Counted from the first letter of the stretch, positions 19,730 through 29,525 are shown. The stretch: 64,000 bases of DNA from Spirochaetia bacterium (GCA_965208575.1 CBDBOV010000004.1:672001-736000), one strand, 5' to 3'. Numbers and translations: made by a program. The notes: generated by a model not told the origin, from the letters alone.

Positions 19730-19811
19730 CGTCCACGACTCGGCCGATCGCGACTCGGCCGATCACGACCCTGGACGAGCCCGAGCAGGAGTTCCGCGAG
19801 GATTTGGCGTC

Positions 19812-20765
19812 TCAGCCGGGCTCGCGTACGCCGCGGCGGCGGGACGTGGCGGCTCCGTAGCGGCCGGCGGTGCCGCGCAGGCGGGGGTCGAGCAGGTCGC
19901 GGACCGCGTCGCCGAACATGTTGAGGCAGTATACGGTCACGGTGAGGCAGATGCCGGGCCACAGCGCCAGCCGCGGCGCGATCTCCATGTACTGGCGGCC
20001 CTCGCGGCTCAGCATGCCGCCCCAGCTCGGGATGTTGGCCGGCAGGCCGAAGCCGAGGAAGCTCAGCGACGCCTCCGAAATGATCACGTTGCCTACGTTG
20101 ATGCTGTAGACGATCAGGACGGGGGCGGCGATGTTGGGCAGCACGTGGCGCAGCAGCGTGCCGCCCGTGGAGGTGCCGATTGCCTGAGCGGCCTGGAAGT
20201 AGGCGTTTTCCTTGACCCCGATCACTGCGCCGCGCACGATGCGCGAGGCGGGAATGCCGCCGGCGACGCCGAGCACGACGATGATCTGCGTCACGCCGCG
20301 GCCGGCGATCGACATGATGGTGAGCAGCAGCAGCAGGCCGGGGAACGACATCCAGGCGTCGACCAGCCGTTGCGTGACGATGTCGAGCCGGCCGCCGAGG
20401 AAGCCGGTGGTGCCGCCGATCAACAGCGCGACGGCGACGTTGATGGTGGTGGCGGCCAGCCCGACCGTGATCGACAGGCGCGCGCCGATGATCAGGCGGC
20501 TCAGGAAGTCGCGGCCGGCGTGGTCGGTGCCGAGCAGGTGCTCCGCCGACGGGCCCTGCATGCGGTCCTGTACGCGGCCGCGGTCGAACTCGTAGGGCGC
20601 GAGCTGCTCCGCGAAGATGGTCACGAAAATCAGCCCCACGACTACCAGGCCGGCCGCGGCGCCGAGCCGGTGCTCCTTGAACAGACGCACGAGGAATTCG
20701 GCGGCGGGATGACGGCGTCTCGAAGTACGCACGCCGGCAGGCGCGCCCGCGGCGCTGCTACTCAT
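19812..20765 (-). CDS. Peptide/nickel ABC permease (DppC-like), cluster 2
   Basis: Paralog of 14099-15082. Confidence 0.93.
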   Translation of the reverse strand: MSSSAAGAPAGVRTSRRRHPAAEFLVRLFKEHRLGAAAGLVVVGLIFVTIFAEQLAPYEFDRGRVQDRMQGPSAEHLLGTDHAGRDFLSRLIIGARLSITVGLAATTINVAVALLIGGTTGFLGGRLDIVTQRLVDAWMSFPGLLLLLTIMSIAGRGVTQIIVVLGVAGGIPASRIVRGAVIGVKENAYFQAAQAIGTSTGGTLLRHVLPNIAAPVLIVYSINVGNVIISEASLSFLGFGLPANIPSWGGMLSREGRQYMEIAPRLALWPGICLTVTVYCLNMFGDAVRDLLDPRLRGTAGRYGAATSRRRGVREPG

Positions 20766-21717
20766 AGCGAATCCTCGGGTCCAGGAACGCGTAGGTGAGG
20801 TCGGTCACCAGGTTGACCAGCACCACCACGGTGGCGAAGAACAGGTTCACGCCCGATATCACCGGATAGTCGCGCTCGTTGAGGGCGATCAACATCAGCC
20901 GGCCGAGCCCCGGCAGGTTGAAGATGTTCTCGATGATCACCGAGCCGCCGGCGATGATCGGGAGCTGCAGGCCGACCAGGGTGACCACCGGAATCAGGGC
21001 GTTCTTGACCGCGTGCCGCAGCACCACCCTGCGCTCCCTCAGGCCCTTGGCCCACGCGGTGCGCACGTAGTCCTGGCGCAGCACCTCCAGCATCATGGTG
21101 CGGGTCATGCGCATGGTGCTCGCCGCCAGGTAGGTTCCCAGGATCAGGGAGGGAATGATGAACATGCGCAGGTTCTCCCACGGCTCGGCGGTGAAGCGCA
21201 CGTGCGTCATCGGCGGCGTCCAGCCCCACCAGATGGCGGGATAGATCATCACCATCAGTCCGATCCAGAAGTTGGGGGTGGCCAGGCCGAGGATGGCGAA
21301 CGACCGGCCGACGTAATCGGCCGCCGTGTACTGGCGAATCGCGGAGTAGATGCCGACCGGCAGAGCGATGAGGAGGCCGGCGATTACCGCGACCAGCCCC
21401 AGCTCGACGGTGATTCCCGGCCTGCCGGCGAGCCGCTCCTCCACCCGGAAACCGCCGTACAGCGACTCGCCGAGCGTGCCGTGCAGCAGAATGTCGCTGA
21501 CCCAGCGCGCATACTGGACGTACACCGGCCGGTCCAAACCCAGCCGCTCGCGCAGCAACTCGCGATTGATCTCGCCGCTGCCGACGTACTCCATGCGCGC
21601 GCTCATCACGTCGATGATGTCGCCGGGGATGAAGCGCACCGACAGGAACACGAGCGCGCTGACCAGGAACAGGGTCGGGATCACCAGCAGCACCCGCCGG
21701 ATCACGTAGGCGCGCAT
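20758..21717 (-). CDS. Peptide/nickel ABC permease (DppB-like), cluster 2
   Basis: Paralog of 13133-14089. Confidence 0.93.
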   Translation of the reverse strand: MRAYVIRRVLLVIPTLFLVSALVFLSVRFIPGDIIDVMSARMEYVGSGEINRELLRERLGLDRPVYVQYARWVSDILLHGTLGESLYGGFRVEERLAGRPGITVELGLVAVIAGLLIALPVGIYSAIRQYTAADYVGRSFAILGLATPNFWIGLMVMIYPAIWWGWTPPMTHVRFTAEPWENLRMFIIPSLILGTYLAASTMRMTRTMMLEVLRQDYVRTAWAKGLRERRVVLRHAVKNALIPVVTLVGLQLPIIAGGSVIIENIFNLPGLGRLMLIALNERDYPVISGVNLFFATVVVLVNLVTDLTYAFLDPRIRYE

Positions 21718-21856
21718 TTCGACTTACCTCCGCTCAGCGGCACTATCCCCTGTTTGTCAGGTGGCCCCGCTGCAACCGTGGACGCAAACCACAACGGGGT
21801 GGCAGGTGCCATCACCCGCCACCCCGCGCGTATGGTTCGTAACCAGTTCCTCCTGG

Positions 21857-23671
21857 TCAGTATCCCATTTCCGCCTTCAGGTCCAGGTCGAGCCAGAGTC
21901 GGACGAGCGTCAGGTGGTTGTCCATGTCCTGGAGGAATGTCTCGCCGTTCCAGCCCTTGAGCCACGGCTGAGCCACCGAGAAGCCGGGCGCCTTGACGCC
22001 GTAGATCTGGAAGTGGTGCCTGATGTAGTGCGCGTCGAACTCGCGCGCGATTCGGATCCTGTCCTCTTCCCTGGTGGCGCTGTTGAACTCGTTGTAGAGC
22101 CGCGTCATGGTCTCGTCGCAAAGCCCGCCCAGGTACTCGACCTCCTGTCTGAGCTCCTGATCTCCCTCCGCGATCCCGCGGTAGAATCCCATGAGTTGCA
22201 CCGGGGCGAGATCCCAGCCCGAGTCACCGGTGGTCATCTCGTAGCTCTTGTCCTTGCGCCGGCTGACCCAGGTGGTGGTGTCCATGATGTTGATCTCCAC
22301 CTCGATGCCGACCTCCTTCCAGTAGCCGGCCGCGATCTCGGCGAAGCCGAGGTCGATCACGTCACGGTGGTCGTAGGCTACCCGCAGGCGCACGCCGTCG
22401 GCGTCCGCAGGGTAGCCGGCCTCGTCGAGCAGCCGCATGGCCTCCTCGGGGTTGTACCGGTAGGTGGCCTGCACCTCCTCGGGCCAATCGTCGAACGGTA
22501 CGTGGTAGCCGGCGACCGCGTTGCCGAAATGGCCCTGCGGTTTCCACAGCGCGTAGCCGCCGTAGTAGCTGTCGTTGATCGCCTGGCGGTCGATCGACAT
22601 CTGCAGCGCCTGGCGTACGCGGATGTCGTCGAACGGCGCCCGCCGTTGGTTCACGCCGAATACCTGCAACGCCCGGATGAAGTAGGGACCGACCTGGATG
22701 TCGGGGTTGGTGCGCAACAGCGCCTCGACCTGCTCGGCAGTCTTGATCTCGGTGGCGCCGCCGGACGTGTGGATGATGTCGACCTGCCCGGTGCGCATGG
22801 CAGCGATGCGGGTAGCCTCCTCCTCCATGAACAGGCCCCTGAGTTCATCCGCGTACGGAAGCTGGTTGTCGGGAAATTTCTCGTCATGACCCCAGTAGTT
22901 GGGGTTGCGGGTCCGGGTTATCGAGGTGCCCTCGACGTAGTCGGTCAGCATGTAGGGTCCGGTGCCGACCACGTTTTTCCAGTTCGAGTAGTCGCCGTTC
23001 TGCTCGATCACCTCGGGCGGAAGGATCCACTGAATCACCTCGGCCAGGTAGACGCGCAACGACCCGAGGCGCGGCTCGGCCAGCTTGAGCACGACCGTGT
23101 ACTTGTCGGTCGCCTCGATCGACTCCCACGGCAGTCCGATCATTTCGTAGGTGCGCTCGGGTACGAAGTCGGTCAGTCCGGCCCGGCGCCGAAACGTGTA
23201 CACCACGTCGTCCGCGGTGAGCTCGCGTCCGTTCAACGGTTCCTTGTCTTGCCAGTGCACGCCTTGCCGTATGTTGAGGACGGTGGTGAGGTCATCCGGC
23301 TGTTCCCAGCTCTCGGCCAGGCCGCCGACGAATCCCGACGTAGGTACGTACCACCCGGTCAGGCTCATCTGGTCGCGGGGCGCGGCCCAGTCGCCGAGCG
23401 CGAGCTTCTCGTTGACCGCCGAGATGAGCCAGCCGGCGTAGTGTCCACGCAGGTCCGGGTCGGTGTTCGCCGCCACCAGCTTGTACGGGTAGGTCAGCGT
23501 ACCGCCGTACTCGGGCGCGGTCAGCATCTTGCCGGTGGTCGGGTCGGTAATCATCGGCTTGTCCACAGCCTCGGCCGCGGCCTCGCCCTCGCCTGCCGCC
23601 CACGCGCCGGATGCGGCCAGGGCGAAAGCGAGCACGAACCCCAGGGTAGGGGCGATTCTCGGAATGTTCAT
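21857..23671 (-). CDS. ABC transporter substrate-binding protein, family 5, cluster 2
   Basis: SD AAGGAG before ATG 23671; 'GLAESWEQPD', 'GTGPY', 'FDDIRVRQALQM'. Confidence 0.92.
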   Translation of the reverse strand: MNIPRIAPTLGFVLAFALAASGAWAAGEGEAAAEAVDKPMITDPTTGKMLTAPEYGGTLTYPYKLVAANTDPDLRGHYAGWLISAVNEKLALGDWAAPRDQMSLTGWYVPTSGFVGGLAESWEQPDDLTTVLNIRQGVHWQDKEPLNGRELTADDVVYTFRRRAGLTDFVPERTYEMIGLPWESIEATDKYTVVLKLAEPRLGSLRVYLAEVIQWILPPEVIEQNGDYSNWKNVVGTGPYMLTDYVEGTSITRTRNPNYWGHDEKFPDNQLPYADELRGLFMEEEATRIAAMRTGQVDIIHTSGGATEIKTAEQVEALLRTNPDIQVGPYFIRALQVFGVNQRRAPFDDIRVRQALQMSIDRQAINDSYYGGYALWKPQGHFGNAVAGYHVPFDDWPEEVQATYRYNPEEAMRLLDEAGYPADADGVRLRVAYDHRDVIDLGFAEIAAGYWKEVGIEVEINIMDTTTWVSRRKDKSYEMTTGDSGWDLAPVQLMGFYRGIAEGDQELRQEVEYLGGLCDETMTRLYNEFNSATREEDRIRIAREFDAHYIRHHFQIYGVKAPGFSVAQPWLKGWNGETFLQDMDNHLTLVRLWLDLDLKAEMGY

Positions 23672-23683
23672 GTGGATCTCCTT

Positions 23684-23691
23684 CAACGTTG
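23684..23691. promoter_or_regulatory. Palindromic operator candidate CAACGTTG upstream of SBP 3
   Basis: 8-bp palindrome adjacent to the SD, same core as the other two sites. Confidence 0.45.
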
Positions 23692-23794
23692 GAACACCGC
23701 ATGCACGCACCAACCTGTCAACTCGCGGGCCATGGCGCAGGCTGGGCCGGCTGGAACCCGCTCAACGTGATAGCGAGCCGGCGTCAGCCGTCCG

Positions 23795-24077
23795 CCACCT
23801 CGAACGCCGTCACGTTGCGCGACCAGGCCGAAGACGAAGACGTGCTGGTCCACTCCCCGGCCAACGGCAGTGGCCGTGGGCGCAGGGACGGATCACCGCC
23901 GGCCACCTCCCCGACCTGCGCCGCCACCCGGCAGTCGGCAAGTATCTGTTCACCTTCCACGGCGCCACCCGCCGCGGCCGCCGCGAGCGCGCCCGCCACG
24001 GCGAGGCCAGCATCGCCATCGCCTGGAGCGACGACCTGATGCGCTGGTTCTGGCCGGGCCATCTCGGCCCGACGTGA
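23795..24077 (+). pseudogene. Beta-propeller glycoside-hydrolase-like remnant with internal deletion
   Basis: 'NAVTLRDQ..EDVLVHSPANG' joined out of frame to 'GQRQWPWAQGRITAG...GKYLFTFHG...SIAIAWSDDL..W'. Confidence 0.45.
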
Positions 24078-24266
24078 CTTGGCGCGGCAAGCCCGCTTTC
24101 CCGCTTGCTGCCGCCGAGTCGCATCGCATCGCCACCATCGCCCCGCCACCCCACGCCACGCCAACGCCACCAACGCCATTCGACAGCACTCCGCCGGCTC
24201 CGGCGGCCCTCGCGTGTTGTGATCTGATTCAACACTGGCGTATGGTGAGCCTGGAGGATAGCTGAC

Positions 24267-24812
24267 ATGTCCCTGATCGAGCATCTGGAAACTGACAGGT
24301 GGGAAGAGTTCTTTCGAGGTGTTTTCGAGTACACACTCGAAGTCATGAAGCACGACCGCTTCCGTTCGGTCGGCAGTGCCGCGGACGATCTAAGAGGCTG
24401 GCTTGCCAGGGGCGGGGTCGCCAGGGTCCGGGAGCGTCTCGACGACCAGATGGAAATGCGCCGGTTCAGCGCCTCCCAAGAGGTTGCCGTCCGCGACTAC
24501 CTTGAGCAATTGGTTCGAGAGAATCGTCGGGCGCTGCTGGACCTGACCGCCACCGGTGTCATCCCTGGGAGCGGGCAGGTGCAAACGGAAGCGCTCGGCG
24601 TGTCGGAGACCGACGTTCAGGATCTGCTCGACCGGATGCTCGCAGGTGAACGACCCTTCGAGGACTGGATGCATGCTCACGGACATTCCGATGAGGAGAT
24701 TTCCGAAATCTACCAGCTGATCGACGACTGGTTGCTGCAGAAGGGAATCATCCCCGCACGCCCGCCTGACTGGCGGGAGCTGCGCAACGAGCAAGGGATC
24801 GACTCCCCATGA
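24267..24812 (+). CDS. Hypothetical protein
   Basis: SD GGAGG, protein-like composition, 181 aa; no family recognised. Confidence 0.7.
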   Translation: MSLIEHLETDRWEEFFRGVFEYTLEVMKHDRFRSVGSAADDLRGWLARGGVARVRERLDDQMEMRRFSASQEVAVRDYLEQLVRENRRALLDLTATGVIPGSGQVQTEALGVSETDVQDLLDRMLAGERPFEDWMHAHGHSDEEISEIYQLIDDWLLQKGIIPARPPDWRELRNEQGIDSP

Positions 24813-24821
24813 TTGCGCCAA

Positions 24822-25110
24822 TCAGCTTGCGGAAGTGCGGGGCAGCACGTCGACCAGCTCGGCCACGACGGTCAACTCGCCATCATCCGCGCCGGAGATC
24901 ACGATGGGATAGAACTCGGGGTTGACCGCTCGATCGTTACATGGCGCCAGGAGTCTCCGGCCGCGACTCGTTCGCTCTCGTAGCGCTTTAGGTTTGGGGT
25001 GTAGCGTGCTCCCGTCTCGGGGTCGACCGTGCCGCGAAGCTGAACCAGCACAGTCCTGCCCTGCCTGCTTCCCTCCACCGGCGAGCGGAACAGGGCATAC
25101 GCACCAGTTG
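24822..25110 (-). pseudogene. C-terminal S24/LexA-like domain remnant of a large restriction/helicase-type protein
   Basis: 'GAYALFRSPVEGSRQGRTVLVQL...DPETGARYT..KRYESE' then a frameshift to 'VNPEFYPIVISGADDGELTVVAELVDVL'. Confidence 0.5.
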
Positions 25111-25245
25111 AGAGCTCTCTGGACCGTTCGCGGTCCGTTCGAACGGACATCGACGCTCCGCCGGTATTGCGTTGCGCGCCCAAGGGCGGGGTGAGGGAGT
25201 ACCGGTTGCGGGGTCCGGGTTCGTTCGGCTTCCGGTGGCGGGAAA

Positions 25246-25398
25246 CCGCTGACCCTTGGGCCGAAGGCCGATGCCCTCCAGACAGGGACGCGGCACCAGG
25301 CAATCAGTCGCACCCGTATCGACCAGGAACAGTGCCTCCCAGGCTCTATCCGGCTCCGCCGGGTTGCCAATGGTAACGGTGACGTGCGTTGCTCCCAT
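25246..25398 (-). pseudogene. Clan AA (retropepsin-like) aspartic protease N-terminal remnant
   Basis: 'MGATHVTVTIGNP...ALFLVDTGATDCLVP..LEGIGL.PKG', then truncated. Confidence 0.7.
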
Positions 25399-25418
25399 CT
25401 CTCTCCTCCTGGTTGTCT

Positions 25419-25756
25419 TTACGTGAACCGGTGCACGGTGAGCGCGGCGACGCGGTCGAAGTGGCGGGCGTCCCCGGTGACGATTGCGTCGCCCCGGGAC
25501 AGCGCGGTCGCCGCAATCAGCAGATCCGATGTCGGGATCCGCTGGCCCGCCGCGCTCAGTTGCGCATCGATCCGGCCCGCCACGCGCGCTACCGTGAGGG
25601 TAACGGGGAGCACCGGAATCGCCGCCAGCAGCGCCTCGATGAATTCCTCTCGCCTTGCTCGCCGCGACGGGCGGTCGGCGCGCCGGCAACCGTGGAACAG
25701 CTCCGCGGCGCTCATCACCGACACCCACAGTTCGGCATCACCCCAACGCTCCATGA
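25419..25756 (-). pseudogene. vapC: 5'-truncated duplicate of the vapC at 26489-26905
   Basis: Near-identical to 26489-26826 but lacks the N-terminus carrying the first PIN Asp (FLIDS). Confidence 0.8.
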
Positions 25757-25774
25757 CCCTTGATACGACTTGAA

Positions 25775-25798
25775 ACATGGTTTACTTTCGAACCATGT
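25775..25798. promoter_or_regulatory. Inverted-repeat operator overlapping the vapB -10 box and start codon
   Basis: ACATGGTT-N8-AACCATGT. Confidence 0.6.
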
Positions 25799-26058
25799 CT
25801 GACAGGGTCCTGAACATACATGAGGCCAAGACGCATCTGTCCGAGCATCTCGCGGCCCTCGGCGAGCGCGACCGCATCAATCTGTGTCGACGCAACCGGC
25901 CGATTGCCGAGATTCGTCCCCTGCCAGCCCCGCGCTCGACGCCCCGCCCGGTAGGCCTCGGCAAGGGGCTCGCATCCATTCCGGAGAGCTTCTTTGCGCC
26001 GCTGCCGGATGAGTTGCTCGACCTGTTTGACGGCGGTGCCCAACCGGACGACCGTTGA
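25795..26058 (+). CDS. vapB: Phd-type antitoxin (VapB)
   Basis: 'LNIHEAKTHLS...INLCRRNRPIAEIRPL...FFAPLPDELLDLF'. Confidence 0.88.
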   Translation: MSDRVLNIHEAKTHLSEHLAALGERDRINLCRRNRPIAEIRPLPAPRSTPRPVGLGKGLASIPESFFAPLPDELLDLFDGGAQPDDR

Positions 26059-26444
26059 TGCGCCTGCTCCTGGATACCTGTACGTTCCTCTGGTTGGTCG
26101 ATGACCATCCGAGTCTGAGCGCACGGGCGCGTGAGGCTATCGTCGATCCGGCCAACGACGTCCACTTGAGCGCCGCGTCGGCCTGGGAGATAGTCATCAA
26201 GCACGCGGCCGGGCGCCTGCAGTTGACCCTCCCGGTAGAAGACTACATTCCCCGCCAACGAGAGCTGCACGGTATCGAGCGGCTGCCTATTACCGAAGAT
26301 GCTACGCTGGTCTTGGCCAAGCTGCCCGCCCGCCATCGGGATCCTTTCGACCGCATCCTGGTTGCCCAGGCGATCATGGATGCCTGCTCTCCGGTTACGC
26401 CGGACCCGCTCATCAAGGGCTACCCGGTGCCGATCCTCTGGTAG
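26058..26444 (+). CDS. vapC: PIN-domain toxin VapC
   Basis: 'MRLLLDTCTFLW...SAASAWEI...HRDPFDRILVAQA'; TGATG coupling with vapB. Confidence 0.92.
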   Translation: MRLLLDTCTFLWLVDDHPSLSARAREAIVDPANDVHLSAASAWEIVIKHAAGRLQLTLPVEDYIPRQRELHGIERLPITEDATLVLAKLPARHRDPFDRILVAQAIMDACSPVTPDPLIKGYPVPILW

Positions 26445-26488
26445 AGTCAGGCTTGACGTTCATCGGCTGCAAGTTGCCGCGTCGACGC

Positions 26489-26905
26489 TTACGTGAACCG
26501 GTGCACCGTGAGCCCGGCGACGCGGTCGAAGTGTCGCGCGTCCCCGGTGACGATCGCGTCGCCGCGGGACAGCGCGGTCGCCGCAATGAGCAGGTCCGAT
26601 GTCGGAATCCTCTGTCCCGCCGCGCTCAGTTGCGCATCGATCCGGCCCACCACGCGCGCGACCGTGAGCGTGACGGGGAGCACCGGAATCGCCGCCAGCA
26701 GCGCCTCGATGAATTCCTCTCGTCTGGCTCGCCGCGACGGGTGGTCGGCGCGCCAGCAGCCGTGAAACAGCTCCGCCGCACTCATCACCGACACCCACAG
26801 TTCGGCATTGCCCCAGCGCTCCATGATCTCGGCGACGAGTTGCTCCGGCGTGCGGCGGTTGCGTTCGGCGTGGATGCACGCGGTGGAATCGATCAGGAAT
26901 CCCAA
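26489..26905 (-). CDS. vapC: PIN-domain toxin VapC
   Basis: TTG start; 'FLIDS...SAAELFHG...SDLLIAATAL...VTGDARHF'. Confidence 0.88.
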   Translation of the reverse strand: MGFLIDSTACIHAERNRRTPEQLVAEIMERWGNAELWVSVMSAAELFHGCWRADHPSRRARREEFIEALLAAIPVLPVTLTVARVVGRIDAQLSAAGQRIPTSDLLIAATALSRGDAIVTGDARHFDRVAGLTVHRFT

Positions 26906-27207
26906 GCGGGAGGCTCCTCGACCGCCTCGCCGGCCAGGATGTCGCGCAGGTCGCCACCGAAACCACCGTCGAGCAACACCGGGGATCGATTGCGTAGATG
27001 TGCGATGCACTCCGAGGCACGGCGTGGTGCAACCGGAGGCGGTGCCATGACGCAGACGTCGTTGCCCCGGCGATGGACGACGAAGCGGCCACCCTGCAAT
27101 TCGATCCGGTCGAGCAGCTTCGAGAACGAGCGGCTCGCCTCGGTTGCAGAGATCCGTTGCTCGCGAGCAATTGCCGCCCGGGATTGGTAATCTGATTTAT
27201 CGCGCAC
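26893..27207 (-). CDS. vapB: Phd-type antitoxin (start uncertain)
   Basis: 'RISATEASRSFSKLLDRI...FVVHRRGNDVCVM'; overlaps the vapC start. Confidence 0.8.
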   Translation of the reverse strand: MRDKSDYQSRAAIAREQRISATEASRSFSKLLDRIELQGGRFVVHRRGNDVCVMAPPPVAPRRASECIAHLRNRSPVLLDGGFGGDLRDILAGEAVEEPPAWDS

Positions 27208-27276
27208 AGATCTGATACTATCGCACCGTCACGGCGCGCGTCAAATCGGGCTGATGCGCTCACCGGGTTGCTGTGG

Positions 27277-28242
27277 CTAATACCACCTGGTCTTGTCCAC
27301 AACATTGGTCAGGGGTTCGCCGGCGAGGAAGCGGCGTGCGTTGTCGAGGATGATCCGGAAGCGGCGGTCGGGGATGTTGCCGGCGTCCGCCACCGCCACG
27401 TGCGGCGTCATCAGCACGTTCGGCAGGCCCCACAGCTTGTGATCGGCGGGCAGCGGTTCGTGCTCGTAGACGTCCAGTCCGGCTCCGGCGATCTGGCCCG
27501 ACTCGATCGCGTCGGCGAGGTCGTCGATCCGGCACACCATGCCGCGCCCGATGTTGATGAAGTACGCGGTGGGCTTCATCAGCCGGAAGCGGGCGGCGTC
27601 GAACGTGAACTCGGTCTCCGGCGTGTGCGGGACGGTGGTGATGACGAAGTCGGCGCGCGGCAGGAGGTCGTCCAGTTCGTCCGGGGCGTGCAACTCCACG
27701 TACGGCAGGTCGTACTCCGGGCGCGGCTCTATGCCGATCACGGTCATGCCCAGCTCGCGGCACAGCCTCGCGGTCTCGTGGCCGATGCCCCCTACCCCGT
27801 TGATCAGCGCCGTGGCCTCGCCCAGGTAGACGTAGGGCGTCTTGCGGGCATCCTTGCCCCATACGCGGTTGCGCTGCGCGTCCAGGTACCACGGCAGGCC
27901 GCGCGACAGCGCCAGCACGAACATCAGGATGTGGTGCGAGATGTGGTCCCAGTAGATGCCGCGCGGATTGCAGATCACCAGCGGGTGTTCGATCAGCTCG
28001 CGGTAGTAGTAGCCGTAGAACGGCCCGGCATCGGGATTTTGCACCCAGGCCAGCTTCTCGGCGACCGCGAGTGCCTCCGGGGACACCCAGCCGTACACCG
28101 CGTCGGCGTCGCGGATCGCCGCCAGCGCCTCCCCGTCTGTCTCCGGCGAGGCTACGCGGTACTCGGGCACGGCCTCCGCCAGCCGGGCGGCCAGCATGCG
28201 CCGCTCATCGTCCTGCGGCGGCATGAATACAAACTTGGGCAC
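27277..28242 (-). CDS. D-2-hydroxyacid dehydrogenase
   Basis: 'GVGGIG', 'FINIGRG', 'GAGLDVYEHEPLP', 'TPHVA'; SD GGAGG before GTG 28242. Confidence 0.9.
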   Translation of the reverse strand: MPKFVFMPPQDDERRMLAARLAEAVPEYRVASPETDGEALAAIRDADAVYGWVSPEALAVAEKLAWVQNPDAGPFYGYYYRELIEHPLVICNPRGIYWDHISHHILMFVLALSRGLPWYLDAQRNRVWGKDARKTPYVYLGEATALINGVGGIGHETARLCRELGMTVIGIEPRPEYDLPYVELHAPDELDDLLPRADFVITTVPHTPETEFTFDAARFRLMKPTAYFINIGRGMVCRIDDLADAIESGQIAGAGLDVYEHEPLPADHKLWGLPNVLMTPHVAVADAGNIPDRRFRIILDNARRFLAGEPLTNVVDKTRWY

Positions 28243-28342
28243 GTAACGGAACCTCCTGTCGGGTAGCGTAGCCCGTTTCCGGAAAACGCACACGCGGGGG
28301 CCTCACCGGCACCGGCCAGTCGGCCGGCAGGGCGCCGGCACC

Positions 28343-29386
28343 CTACTCCTGTTCCAATTCCAGGAGGCGTTGCTTGCGCCACAGGCCGCCGCCGTAGCCG
28401 GTCAGGGCGCCATTGCTGCCGACCACCCGGTGACAGGGAATGACGACCGCGATCGGGTTGGCGCCGACGGCGCGCCCTACCGGACGGGCGGCGCGCGGCC
28501 GCCCGATCTCGGCGGCGACTCGTCCGTAACTCCAGGTGTCGCCGCGCCGGATTTGCAGCAGCGTCTCCCACACCCGCCGCTGCAGGTCAGTCCCGGCCGG
28601 TTGCAGAGGCAGCTCGAAACAGCGCCGGGCGCCGGCAAAGTACTCGGCGATCTGCTCCGCGGCCCGGTCGATCGGTGGTTCCCGGCCCGGCACCAGCGTC
28701 GCATCCAGACGCCGGCACACTCGCCGGAGTTGCGCCTCGAGGCGCTCCGGATCGGCGAACTCGGCCAAACACAGCTTGCCGTCGACGGCTCCCAGCATCA
28801 TCACGCCCAGCGGAGTGTCCACCGGAGCCACCGCCAGCAGCGTGGAGCCGCCCGCGGCGCCGGGCGATGTGCCGATCAGGTTGTGGATCGCGTCGCTGAA
28901 CCCGCTCAGCGACTCGTAGCCATGGTCGAAGGCGGCGTCCGTCACGGGCGCACCCTGCTGCAGGTCGCCCACCGCCGCGGCCAGCCGCCGGGCGCGGGCG
29001 TAGGCGTGGAAGGTCATCCCGAAGCGGCGCCGGAACCAGCGACGGACCGCCTCCGGGCGCAAGCCGGCCGCGGCCAGGTCGGCATCGGTCCACCGGTGCC
29101 GCGGGTCGCGCTCCAGACCCGCGAGCAGTGTGGTCAGCCACGCCGGCGCCGCGCCGCCGGGATCGAGCGGACGGCAGCGCAGGCAGGGGCGGTAGCCGGC
29201 TGCCAGCGCCTTACCGGCCGTTGCGAAGAACTCCACGTTGCGCGGGTCCGGCTTGCGCGCCGGACAGGAGGAGCGGCAGAAGATGCCGGTGGTACGCACG
29301 GCGGCCACGAACAGGCCGTCGTAGCTGCCGTCCCGGCTGTTGAACGCGGCGAGCATCTCCTCGCGCGGCGGCATCGTCTCAACCAT
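28343..29386 (-). CDS. ada: Bifunctional Ada transcriptional activator / O6-methylguanine-DNA methyltransferase
   Basis: 'TTGIFCRSSC...YRPCLRCRP' Zn site, AraC HTH, 'IPCHRVVG'. Confidence 0.93.
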   Translation of the reverse strand: MVETMPPREEMLAAFNSRDGSYDGLFVAAVRTTGIFCRSSCPARKPDPRNVEFFATAGKALAAGYRPCLRCRPLDPGGAAPAWLTTLLAGLERDPRHRWTDADLAAAGLRPEAVRRWFRRRFGMTFHAYARARRLAAAVGDLQQGAPVTDAAFDHGYESLSGFSDAIHNLIGTSPGAAGGSTLLAVAPVDTPLGVMMLGAVDGKLCLAEFADPERLEAQLRRVCRRLDATLVPGREPPIDRAAEQIAEYFAGARRCFELPLQPAGTDLQRRVWETLLQIRRGDTWSYGRVAAEIGRPRAARPVGRAVGANPIAVVIPCHRVVGSNGALTGYGGGLWRKQRLLELEQE

Positions 29387-29525
29387 GGGTCAAACCGTAG
29401 TCCAGCCTGGAGTCCGGTGACCACCGCAAAATGAACACCGAACACCGGGACCCTTGCGCGGCCCCGGTATGCGCGCACGGCTGGTTGAGTTACCCTTGCC
29501 GGCACGGAGCGGAACTCCGCGTTCG

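Larger units (their letters stand above)
25418..26826. repeat. ~340-bp direct repeat (25418-25756 and 26488-26826) flanking an inverted vapBC pair
   Basis: Both copies begin 'ttacgtgaaccggtgcac' and run to 'ccatga'. Confidence 0.85.

Noticed and set aside
19734-19769. 15-bp tandem repeat (cacgactcggccgat, about 2.4 copies), plus the low-complexity cgcca tract near 24130-24178
   Set aside because: Too short, no spacers and no cas genes; not CRISPR, likely slippage.
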